Assembly (NCBI GenBank): GCA_028710985.1
Contig: JAQTTB010000001.1
Span: forward strand, 19,280 to 83,279
DNA length: 64,000 nucleotides
Direction: 5' to 3'
DNA from: Patescibacteria group bacterium
GTDB taxonomy: Bacteria > Patescibacteriota > Patescibacteriia > JAHJFT01
Of this stretch, positions 18,072-27,080 are shown piece by piece; positions within the stretch are counted from its first letter, which is position 1; every line of letters starts with the position of its first letter. Position numbers and translations under genes: made by a program. The notes below the pieces were generated by a model. The model was not told where the DNA came from, ran no database searches, and saw only the letters and a list, made by a program, of their open reading frames with translations.

Positions 18072-19177
18072 ATAAATTTAAATAATTTAATTAGTTTATC
18101 CGTCTGCTGTGATAAGGAAAAATTATCACGGACATGGGAAAATGCCGCCATCCCCATTTTATTTCTAGTTTCACTATCCAGCATTTTCTTTATAGCATTA
18201 CTGATTTGATCTTCATTGCCACGCTCAATAATAAACCCATTCACATTATCAAGCACTATCTTATTTATTCCCCCTACGGCAGTTGAAATAACCGGCAATC
18301 CACATGACATGGCCTCCAGTACGGCATTTGGACAACCCTCATTTTTAGAGTATAAAATAAAAATATCGGCCAATAGATACTGTTCTTTTAATTCCTCTCT
18401 ATCCAATAAACCGGTAAAAATAACTTTTTCTGCCAGCCCTAAATCAAGCGCAATTTTTTCGAAATGCTGCCGCAATTGACCCTCGCCGACGAGAACAAGT
18501 CTGGCGATAGGCAGACCCCGATCCACCATTTTTTTAAAAAAATAAATTAATTGTTCCTGGCCCTTGTTCTCATTTTTCATCGAGCCCACATTCAATAACG
18601 TTACCCGGTCAATTTTTTTACCTTTTCTTAATTCCCCCAATGCTCCTTCGGATATTTCAATTTCGACTCCATTATTAATAACAATCATCCGGTTTCGATA
18701 GAATGGCTGATACTTGACTAGGCTGTTCATTACTTCTTCTGAAACGGCGATTATCCTATAGCAACAAAAATTTAAAAAAACATCGATTATCCTTAAAAAC
18801 AAACTCTTTCGATCCGCCATCCCCGATTCTCGAATTAAAACCCTCAGCCTCGGATTAAAAATTTTCAAAAGTCTAGCAACGACGTTCGCCACATCTAGGG
18901 TAGAATAAACAAATTTTATATTGTTAGTTTTCACAAAAAGCAGGGTTCGATAAAATGATCTAACGTCAAATAAATACTTAAAATTAAAACTCACTACTTC
19001 ATTTTTTATTCGTAATTTGGAAACGAAGGTCTGTTCGGCGCGAAAAATCGTAGCAAAAAAAATATTAAATCCCTGCGCCGATAAATAGTTAGCCTGTTTT
19101 ATAAAATAAGTTTCGGCGCCGCCGACACCCAATCCGTTTATCAAAAGTAATATATTTTTAGTTGCAGATTCTTTCAT
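18068..19177 (-). CDS. glycosyltransferase family 4
   Basis: N-terminal LLINGLGVGGAETY. C-terminal NEGCPNAVLEAMSCGLPVIST. Confidence 0.75.
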   Translation of the reverse strand: MKESATKNILLLINGLGVGGAETYFIKQANYLSAQGFNIFFATIFRAEQTFVSKLRIKNEVVSFNFKYLFDVRSFYRTLLFVKTNNIKFVYSTLDVANVVARLLKIFNPRLRVLIRESGMADRKSLFLRIIDVFLNFCCYRIIAVSEEVMNSLVKYQPFYRNRMIVINNGVEIEISEGALGELRKGKKIDRVTLLNVGSMKNENKGQEQLIYFFKKMVDRGLPIARLVLVGEGQLRQHFEKIALDLGLAEKVIFTGLLDREELKEQYLLADIFILYSKNEGCPNAVLEAMSCGLPVISTAVGGINKIVLDNVNGFIIERGNEDQISNAIKKMLDSETRNKMGMAAFSHVRDNFSLSQQTDKLIKLFKFI

Positions 19178-19178
19178 A

Positions 19179-19847
19179 TCAGTTACACCGCACCACGGCC
19201 CATATTTCCCCCCAATTTATTTTGTAATCCGATATAGACATTCCGGCTGAATTCAGCTCTTCGGAAAAGTCATTAAAAGTATATTCAATAAAATGATTCC
19301 GATCCAATCGATATTCAAGTCCAAGCTCTTTTTTATACGGCACTAACCAATCCCGATTAATCATCGGCACGCGTATTAAAGCGATATCGCAAATATTTTT
19401 TATTTGCTTTAAAAGAGAAGTCCTATCATCTATATGCTCCAGTACATTAGATACTACGACGCGATCAAATTTTTCATTAAAACTATACTGTGTCGCATCG
19501 GCGACAATATATTCAACGTTTGGCAACGCGCAGTGCGATTTTGCATACTCAATACTGGTTTTATTCATATCAATCCCCACGACTCTTTTGGCCTTTTTGG
19601 CAATCTCGCGGGTCAAAATACCATTACCGCAGCCAATATCAAGGACGGTGTGCGATGGCTCGATATTATTTAGAAAAAAATCGTGATATTCAGTGAGGCG
19701 ATGCTTTGGATGTATCCCCCCCTCTCGCAATGAAGCGACCGTGACAATTTTATGCAATGCCCAATCGTGCAAATAAAATAATCGCCTCAGGATCCAGAGG
19801 GATAAATTTTTATTTTTAAACGCTCTTTTTAATAAATCCTTTAGCAT
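19179..19847 (-). CDS. class I SAM-dependent methyltransferase
   Basis: VLDIGCGNGILTREIA is SAM-binding motif I. 222 aa. Confidence 0.7.
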   Translation of the reverse strand: MLKDLLKRAFKNKNLSLWILRRLFYLHDWALHKIVTVASLREGGIHPKHRLTEYHDFFLNNIEPSHTVLDIGCGNGILTREIAKKAKRVVGIDMNKTSIEYAKSHCALPNVEYIVADATQYSFNEKFDRVVVSNVLEHIDDRTSLLKQIKNICDIALIRVPMINRDWLVPYKKELGLEYRLDRNHFIEYTFNDFSEELNSAGMSISDYKINWGEIWAVVRCN

Positions 19848-20775
19848 ATTCTTTTAATGTGGAACTAATAATACTTTTTTTCTTTGAAAAAATCAGCATC
19901 TTTTCAAACAAATCATAAAAATGTTCCAATTCCTGTTCATTTTTCACATAAGGGCTTCCGCCGATCATCAGCTCGCTTGAATGCACCATAAAAACAGCTA
20001 CGGGAAAATTTTGTCTGAGTAAAGCTTCGAGCACAGACCTTATTTCATCAAAACTTGAGTTTGAGAATATCCTCAACCACCGCTGTTTAAAAAATAATTT
20101 ATTTAATACTTTTTTCAATAACGAATCCGGCAATAAAGCAAATGACCTAGAAATATATGAGGCCTCTCCAACGAAAGGTGAGGTAAACGCAACTGTCATC
20201 GGCACCTCCAATACCCCGTCCACTACCGAGGGCATCAGCGACGAACCGCGAAAATCCGGTCCCCGTCTATCGTGGCCGCCGGAAGAATTATTCTTCCATG
20301 ATATCTTTGGGGTTACCGAGCTGTCGGCGATATAGCCCAATTTATTCAAAAATCGCATTATCCGAATATCATAACCCCAGCGTCCGGCTCGATGAGTCTT
20401 TGGACTTATGCCAAAATTTTCCGCAATCGCCTTTGTTAAAGATGATAATTTTTTGTACAGCTCTTCGTCTTCAAGCTCATTAGGAAAACGATGCTTCAGC
20501 ATTTCCCATTCCCTGTCCTTCACACAAGGCGGTGTTGTCCAAGGATGCAAATGAGCCCCAACTTCCGCTGACCCGGAATCCTGAAAAGGCTTAAGAATAT
20601 TTACCGATTCTCTATCTACCGCAACCTCATAAGTTATAAAATATGTCGGTTTAAAGCGATATTTTTGGCAAAGCTCCTGGAAGCGAGGCAGAAATTTAAT
20701 ATTTTCAAGTGTAATTTCCTCAGATCTTTTCCACTGGTTGTCCGCCTCAACATCAACGGTTATTATTAATTTCAT
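19816..20775 (-). CDS. polysaccharide deacetylase-like protein (divergent)
   Basis: An ITVDVEAD N-terminal beta-strand and His-rich segments resemble divergent carbohydrate esterase 4 (CE4) deacetylase proteins. Weak call. Confidence 0.4.
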   Translation of the reverse strand: MKLIITVDVEADNQWKRSEEITLENIKFLPRFQELCQKYRFKPTYFITYEVAVDRESVNILKPFQDSGSAEVGAHLHPWTTPPCVKDREWEMLKHRFPNELEDEELYKKLSSLTKAIAENFGISPKTHRAGRWGYDIRIMRFLNKLGYIADSSVTPKISWKNNSSGGHDRRGPDFRGSSLMPSVVDGVLEVPMTVAFTSPFVGEASYISRSFALLPDSLLKKVLNKLFFKQRWLRIFSNSSFDEIRSVLEALLRQNFPVAVFMVHSSELMIGGSPYVKNEQELEHFYDLFEKMLIFSKKKSIISSTLKEYAKGFIKKSV

Positions 20776-22406
20776 ACATTTTTAAAACCCCTGATTCGCA
20801 TCCAATATTTGATAACGCTTGAATACACCTTGTAATAATAGTAACATTGTTTTCTTTCACCGCCAAATGCTTCCTTGAATTCAGCGATTGACCTGAGCCC
20901 CCTCTGATTTGAATCCGGACTTATGCCGCCTAAGTCAAAAATTTCATGATCCGTTAATTTCGCGTATCGAATTGCCTCCCAAACGATCATCCGATTTGCC
21001 TGCCCCACAATCTCGCACTGCTGGCTATCGGAAAAACGCAGTGAGGAAAGAGCCCAAGCACGAATATTCCTAGTATCGCTGATAAAAATACCGCCGGCGA
21101 TCATTTCGTTTTTATAATAAGCGGAAAAAAGTAAGCCGTTTTCTAGATAATGGTTGACTCTTTCGATGGGCAAACCTTTTTCTGAGCGAAAAATACTATA
21201 AATTCTTCTAAATTCCTTATGATTTAGGTCATTTTTTACGATAATCCCATTTCTTTCCCCTCTTTGAATCTGTTTACAGATATAATTTTTCCTCATCTTG
21301 CTCCAAATCGTTTCAATGCTCTGTCTTAAATCAATTACCGTGGTTAAACCCGCTCGTTTATGAAAATCTGGCTTATCAATATTGTGATAGGAAAAAAAAT
21401 TGATCATTCCAACGCCTGGAATGTCTTGCGGATCCTCAAACCATCGCCAGCACTTTTTTAAAAAATTAGTGTCAAATAAACCATAGCAAATCCGGCTAGA
21501 AATTACCGGCTTATGCGCCTTTATTAATATAAGATGTGAAAAACCTCTGATTATCGGCAAGTGTTCAGCGAGGCGAAAAAGCGTTGGATAAATTTTTTTT
21601 AAAAAACCCATCCTCTGTTCAAACGGAAGCGCTATGTCAATGAAACTAACATTGTCGATAAAAAAATTTTTGTTAAATAAATTTATTATATCTTTCGCGG
21701 AAAAATAATAATAATAAATACCCGAAGGATGAACTCCCTCTTTTGGTAATTTCTTTAATCTCCTCCTTAAATCAAGATGATACGCCGATAAAATCAACGG
21801 CTTGCCCGGCGCAAGGGTGAAATTAATGTTTTGGAGAAACTGATTACGATACGCATCGGATGGCAAATGCTCTAAGACTTGGGCAGAGAAAGCAATATCA
21901 AAAAAACCTTTTGCTGTTTTAAACGACGTTACGTCAGCCCAGACCAAACCAACATTATTGGATTTTAATTTGCACGAAAGTATCTCCAGCGAATTAAACG
22001 AGATATCCACCCCCAATAAACAACTATAATCAACAAATTCCTCTGTAAAACGACCTGTTCCGCAGCCATACTCAATTATTTTTTTTCCCGATACGTCGCC
22101 GACTTGCGCAAGCGTTGAGGGAATTTCCCTATCATGCCTCGCAGACAATCTAGCGTCATAACCGCCAGCTTGCGCATCTCTAACGGCTATCTCAGAACCT
22201 ATTTTTTCATCATTGACCGTCTGCTCCGGCAATATAAACAAAATCCCATTTTTAATTTGATATGCTTTCCCACAACGAACGCATTTTAGAAAACCATTAA
22301 ATATTGCCTCGTCATTGCCGCTTTCCATGCCACCAATTTCAAGACGAGCGTTATCAGATTGACAGACCAGGCAAGCAATAAGTTTTTTCGAAAATCCTAT
22401 CCTCAT
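20772..22406 (-). CDS. tri-domain fusion: Trm112-like zinc-ribbon + class I SAM methyltransferase + C-terminal FemAB/GNAT-like acyltransferase domain
   Basis: CLVCQ...CVRCGK zinc ribbon. IIEYGCGTGRFTEEF SAM motif. C-terminal region of about 190 aa with a GNAT/FemAB-like pattern (IRAWALSS...FDLGG). Confidence 0.55.
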   Translation of the reverse strand: MRIGFSKKLIACLVCQSDNARLEIGGMESGNDEAIFNGFLKCVRCGKAYQIKNGILFILPEQTVNDEKIGSEIAVRDAQAGGYDARLSARHDREIPSTLAQVGDVSGKKIIEYGCGTGRFTEEFVDYSCLLGVDISFNSLEILSCKLKSNNVGLVWADVTSFKTAKGFFDIAFSAQVLEHLPSDAYRNQFLQNINFTLAPGKPLILSAYHLDLRRRLKKLPKEGVHPSGIYYYYFSAKDIINLFNKNFFIDNVSFIDIALPFEQRMGFLKKIYPTLFRLAEHLPIIRGFSHLILIKAHKPVISSRICYGLFDTNFLKKCWRWFEDPQDIPGVGMINFFSYHNIDKPDFHKRAGLTTVIDLRQSIETIWSKMRKNYICKQIQRGERNGIIVKNDLNHKEFRRIYSIFRSEKGLPIERVNHYLENGLLFSAYYKNEMIAGGIFISDTRNIRAWALSSLRFSDSQQCEIVGQANRMIVWEAIRYAKLTDHEIFDLGGISPDSNQRGLRSIAEFKEAFGGERKQCYYYYKVYSSVIKYWMRIRGFKNV

Positions 22407-22408
22407 AT

Positions 22409-23521
22409 TTATCCTAAAATCTTCATTAAATCATTATAAAACCGATCGGGGTTATACTGATTCTTTATCAATTCAAAGCCGGCATTTCCCATTTTTATTA
22501 AGTTGTGCTGATCCGAAATAGTCAGGCGAATCTTATCTATTAAATCGACCAAATTTTTACTTTCAAAGATGTAACCATTCACGCCATTCTCAATATATTC
22601 CTTCGTTCCATTTTCGCTCGAACTAATAACCGCCAGTTTGCAACTCATTGCTTCAACTATCGAAAAAGCCGCGGCTTCACCATAGCTCGGTAAAATGAAT
22701 ACATCATTTACTTTATATTCTTCATAAACATCCTTCCAATTAATATCAAATTTCACCTTCACAATTTCCGATAAATTATTAACTTTAATGTACTCTAATA
22801 ATTCATTTGTATATTCATTCTCATCCCTTTCGCCGACTAATGTAAGATTAATATTAAAATTATCTTTTAATTTTTCAACGGCCTTAACTAATAAAATCTG
22901 ATTCTTGCGCTCTTGGAATTTACCTACGCAGATAATATTAACCCATCCGCCAATAAAATACTCCTTGTTGAAGTCAAGCGCTTCATGAACAAATGGAATA
23001 TAAAAAAGATTCTTATTCTTACTTGCATAAGCGTCGTTACCCCTCAATGGAGTAATTACCGACGCCTTCCACAAAAAACCAACCAGCCAAATCGAGAAAC
23101 TCTTGATTTTTTTTCTAAATTTTTCAATTTGAATTAAAAAAATAATTTTTTTAACACCCAGGAACCGACTTAGAAGCGCGCCAAGGATTGAATAAAGACT
23201 ATCAATATTTTTTATCAGCACAACGTTCGGCCGATATTCCTTTATCAAATGATATAGTGAAAATATGGGTGGATAGCTATATCGTATCTCGAACCGATTC
23301 TTAATTGTGCGTCCACCCCGCTTATTGAATATTCTATTAAATAGCTTAAAAATATTCGAATATCCAACAACTCGCGGTTCTAGAATATCATAGCATTCTG
23401 ATTTTCCGCGATACATAACAAACATGGCCACTTCGTGTCCAAATGACTGAAGGGCCTCAATCATGTAGAAAAAATTTGTATGATATCGCGGGGTAAGAAA
23501 TAAAAATTTCATTGATTTCAA
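22409..23521 (-). CDS. glycosyltransferase family 4
   Basis: C-terminal GEAAAFSIVEAMSCKLAVISS GT4 motif. Confidence 0.7.
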   Translation of the reverse strand: MKSMKFLFLTPRYHTNFFYMIEALQSFGHEVAMFVMYRGKSECYDILEPRVVGYSNIFKLFNRIFNKRGGRTIKNRFEIRYSYPPIFSLYHLIKEYRPNVVLIKNIDSLYSILGALLSRFLGVKKIIFLIQIEKFRKKIKSFSIWLVGFLWKASVITPLRGNDAYASKNKNLFYIPFVHEALDFNKEYFIGGWVNIICVGKFQERKNQILLVKAVEKLKDNFNINLTLVGERDENEYTNELLEYIKVNNLSEIVKVKFDINWKDVYEEYKVNDVFILPSYGEAAAFSIVEAMSCKLAVISSSENGTKEYIENGVNGYIFESKNLVDLIDKIRLTISDQHNLIKMGNAGFELIKNQYNPDRFYNDLMKILG

Positions 23522-25224
23522 ATTTTTAAAATTTTATAATCCTTATTACTGAAAACTTCCTCCAGTCCGTCTGCTGAATTCGAACTATAGTATAAATCCA
23601 TATATTTACCGCGCGGCAAAAGAATATATGAACAATCAAGCCTAACGGCAAAATTTACAATCTCTTTGAAGTCAGCCGCTTTTTCAACGATCTGATTATA
23701 TGCCTGTCTCTCCTCATACCATCTTTTAGCATTTTCGAAATTTGAAGTAACCCAAATAGAACCTTCTTTTTCAGTCAGATTAGTATTCTGCCTACTTAAT
23801 ACTTTGAATTTAAATTCATTTTGAAAGTCATCAAAAACAAAAATCCGGTTCTCACTAACGGAAAGCGCGCTTTTTGCCCAAATTGCCGCCTCATAAAGAT
23901 TGTTAAAGTTATTTGTATTCGATTCATCCACCACGGGGGCTAAATTATATTTTATTCTTATGCCTTCGGGCACCAATGCCCTTACTACCGGCCTAATAAC
24001 GGGCGCAAAAAAATAAATTGGCGTAACCACAACGATCAAAGATAATGCTACGGACAGCCATTTTTTATTCATCCTAGAATAAAGCAAATAAACAACTAGA
24101 GCGAACTGCATGATTAGAATGAAGCCCAACACCCTCATTAGCCGAATGTGCTCCACGAAAAATGGCAGCTCTCCATTTTTCATTAAAAAATAATTAGTAA
24201 CATCAACACCGATAACGAATAAAATGGTTATAATCATCAGTATGGTGCTGATTTTATGAACTGCCCGTTTCTCCGAATCTAATGAGGACCCGTAGATACG
24301 CATGATAAAAAACGATAAAAAAAACATTAAGATCATTGTAAAACTATCCCACATCGAACGTTTAATTCTGGCCAAGTCGACTGTCGCGAGAAAACCGTTC
24401 GCTTCAAACCTATATTGAACAATTTCAGAATGCAAAGCAACGTCCTCGGCGCTCAAATACTCCTCGGCCGGAATCATGCCGGTACTCGAATTAGTAAAAT
24501 GGTTTATCAAAAATGGCAAAGCTACTATAAAATAAATGACAGCAAAAATAATTATCGGCTTGAAATATGCCCTATGTTGCTTCGCATAAAAAATCAAAGC
24601 GCCCAAGATAAATAAACCGATAACTACGCTTCCGACGGGCGGATATAAGTAAAGCAAAATGCCGGCAGATATTGCCAATAAAATATTATATTTATTATTT
24701 TTTAAACCATAAATTATCCAATAGTAGCTAAGCAAAAAATAAAAAGGAAAGGCGAATGTATTGCCGCGCAAATTCCCAAGATCGAGCAAGCCAATTCTTG
24801 TAAAGAATACATTACGCGGTACTACGCACAAAAGTCCCACCAATGCCGCTAGGGACCAGCTTTTAAATATTTTTTTAGCAATTAATCCGCTCGCAAGATA
24901 GGTTATGGCAATTATAAGAATAGTAAATAGATGATAGCTCACTAAATCATACTTCAAGCCTGGATTGAAATAATAAAAAACCGGGAACGCTGCATATAGC
25001 TCCTCCTGATTATAAGCCGACGGCACGTCTGTCCATACTCCATCATTTTTTTGTATCATCAATAATTGATAACACCAAAGATCGCTGCTCAAATCGCCAA
25101 GATTACTACCATAATTAGTAAAAATATAATAAAAAATTATGACTACAAGTATGATAGTAAAAAAAAGTTTAGAATTGAAAAATTTTAACATTTTATTTAC
25201 GTTGTTTAAATAGAAGATCAGCAA
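23518..25224 (-). CDS. polytopic membrane protein, GT-C-like (GtrC/YfhO-like), directly downstream of a GtrB-like GT2
   Basis: About 420 aa of TM helices followed by a roughly 150-aa soluble C-terminal domain. Translationally coupled to the GT2 at 25193..26050. Confidence 0.5.
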   Translation of the reverse strand: MLIFYLNNVNKMLKFFNSKLFFTIILVVIIFYYIFTNYGSNLGDLSSDLWCYQLLMIQKNDGVWTDVPSAYNQEELYAAFPVFYYFNPGLKYDLVSYHLFTILIIAITYLASGLIAKKIFKSWSLAALVGLLCVVPRNVFFTRIGLLDLGNLRGNTFAFPFYFLLSYYWIIYGLKNNKYNILLAISAGILLYLYPPVGSVVIGLFILGALIFYAKQHRAYFKPIIIFAVIYFIVALPFLINHFTNSSTGMIPAEEYLSAEDVALHSEIVQYRFEANGFLATVDLARIKRSMWDSFTMILMFFLSFFIMRIYGSSLDSEKRAVHKISTILMIITILFVIGVDVTNYFLMKNGELPFFVEHIRLMRVLGFILIMQFALVVYLLYSRMNKKWLSVALSLIVVVTPIYFFAPVIRPVVRALVPEGIRIKYNLAPVVDESNTNNFNNLYEAAIWAKSALSVSENRIFVFDDFQNEFKFKVLSRQNTNLTEKEGSIWVTSNFENAKRWYEERQAYNQIVEKAADFKEIVNFAVRLDCSYILLPRGKYMDLYYSSNSADGLEEVFSNKDYKILKI

Positions 25225-26050
25225 TTAGAGAAATGAAAAATATGAGCACGGCGCTTAACATGAGGAATATGCTGAAATTACCAACAAAATTATCGCCTAC
25301 AAGATCATATATACCCTTGGCGAAACCGACTGTAAAGAATGCAATTCCAAACGGTATTAAAAATTTTAATGGTTGAAAATAGAAGGCAATTTTAAAAATT
25401 AAATTTATGTAAGTAAAAAAATTCCACGGCCTAATACCAGACTCGCCCACCCTTTTGTGATAGTCGATTGGCAGGAATTTGACTAAGTAATCATTCTTTA
25501 AAAACGCCATAGTAATGGTTGACGTAAATGAATATCGGCTGGGATACAATCCCCAAAACTCAAAACAGATATCTTTTTTGAAAAGCCTCATCCCCGAATT
25601 CAAGTCAGGTATTTTTCTATTGACAAGCCATCCCGCAAACCAATTTACAAATTTTTTCGGAACCCGTCTAATAAATTCGGTATGGTTAACCTTCGTCACT
25701 CTTGCACCGACAATCATGTCATAAGAATCCATGAACGGAAAAAAATCCGATAGCTTCTCTACGGGATAAGTGCCATCGGCATCGATAATAAAAATCCACT
25801 TGCCGGCTGCGGTTTTAATCCCCCTTTTCAAGGAGGCTCCGTAACCTAAATTATATGGATTGCGAATAATCTTTATATCTGATCGTGATTCTAATGTTTT
25901 CAGAGTGCCATCCTCGCTCTTATCATCAATGGCAATTATTTCAAAAGTATGTGATGTACACTTTTCGGCAACTCGTGCCAGTCCATCCAAAACATTCGCA
26001 ACCGTCGCTTCTTCGTTATAACATGGGATAACAATTGAAATTTCACTCAT
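25193..26050 (-). CDS. glycosyltransferase family 2, GtrB/ArnC-like polyprenyl-phosphate sugar synthase (two C-terminal TM helices)
   Basis: SIVIPCYNEEATVANVL...IAIDDKSEDGT...IDADGTY plus C-terminal hydrophobic helices. Confidence 0.8.
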   Translation of the reverse strand: MSEISIVIPCYNEEATVANVLDGLARVAEKCTSHTFEIIAIDDKSEDGTLKTLESRSDIKIIRNPYNLGYGASLKRGIKTAAGKWIFIIDADGTYPVEKLSDFFPFMDSYDMIVGARVTKVNHTEFIRRVPKKFVNWFAGWLVNRKIPDLNSGMRLFKKDICFEFWGLYPSRYSFTSTITMAFLKNDYLVKFLPIDYHKRVGESGIRPWNFFTYINLIFKIAFYFQPLKFLIPFGIAFFTVGFAKGIYDLVGDNFVGNFSIFLMLSAVLIFFISLIADLLFKQRK

Positions 26051-26054
26051 ATAA

Positions 26055-26981
26055 TTATTTATTTATTGCAATTATTCGAATATTGGAGGTGGCATATAGA
26101 GCCCCGAGAACAAAATCAATTAACGAAAAAAATAGTGTTAAAAATAAATTATTTATATTAAACCAACCGGCAATTTTTTTATGTTTGTCATCGAAATAAT
26201 GATGCAATGACTGAATCCAGAAAGTCGGGCTCAGCAAAAATTGAATTCCAATAACAGCGAAATTGCACTCATTCAACAAACCCACGAGGATATTTTTATT
26301 AAAAATATGCCAATGTCGTGGTATATGATAGCCTCCCCAATATCTCTTTCTAAAAATTCTCGCATCTAGAGAATCGTAATTTGGGGTTTCGATAATAAGC
26401 AAGCCGTTCCGTTTAAGCATCCTCCTGGCCTTTAAAATAATTTCGCGTGGATTATGAAGGTGCTCAATCGTTTGATTCAAAATGATTGCGTCAAAATAAT
26501 CATAATAACCCCCCATTTCTTCGAATCTTCCTGCAATGAATTCGATACCATGCCGATTTAATATATCACCAGTTGCAGAATTAATATCATTGCCATACAA
26601 TTTCCATCCGCTACCCCTGTGTTTCTTAATAATTCTGAGCAATTCTCCGTTGCCGCACCCACCGTCGAGAATTCTAGCATCATCCGAAAGATTAGCAAGC
26701 AAAGGACGAACCTTCAATCTTTGCACAAAATTCCGCGCAATCTTTGTAATAAAATTTAACCCCTCTTCAAATTTATAAGGAAAATAATTTGCTGGATAAA
26801 TCTTTTCAATTTCTCCGACGGTCGGATTGGGATTTAGGTATATCACACCGCACTTTAAACACTTTACGTAACAATATTCCTGATCGGATGTGTGATATTC
26901 AAAATCTTTTCCATGCGCCCAAACTTTGTACAGATCCGATCCGCATACACCACGACAAGCTTTTTGGGTCCTTATTTCCAT
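26055..26981 (-). CDS. class I SAM-dependent methyltransferase with N-terminal Cys4 zinc-ribbon
   Basis: CRGVCGS...CLKCGVIY zinc ribbon. ILDGGCGNGELLRII SAM motif. Confidence 0.7.
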   Translation of the reverse strand: MEIRTQKACRGVCGSDLYKVWAHGKDFEYHTSDQEYCYVKCLKCGVIYLNPNPTVGEIEKIYPANYFPYKFEEGLNFITKIARNFVQRLKVRPLLANLSDDARILDGGCGNGELLRIIKKHRGSGWKLYGNDINSATGDILNRHGIEFIAGRFEEMGGYYDYFDAIILNQTIEHLHNPREIILKARRMLKRNGLLIIETPNYDSLDARIFRKRYWGGYHIPRHWHIFNKNILVGLLNECNFAVIGIQFLLSPTFWIQSLHHYFDDKHKKIAGWFNINNLFLTLFFSLIDFVLGALYATSNIRIIAINK

Positions 26982-27080
26982 ATTTTTTTATAATCCACCG
27001 GAAACTGCTTCTCATAAATTGGCAATAAATAATCAAATTTTCCCCACTGATATCCGAATCTCTCTTCAGAACCCATACAT

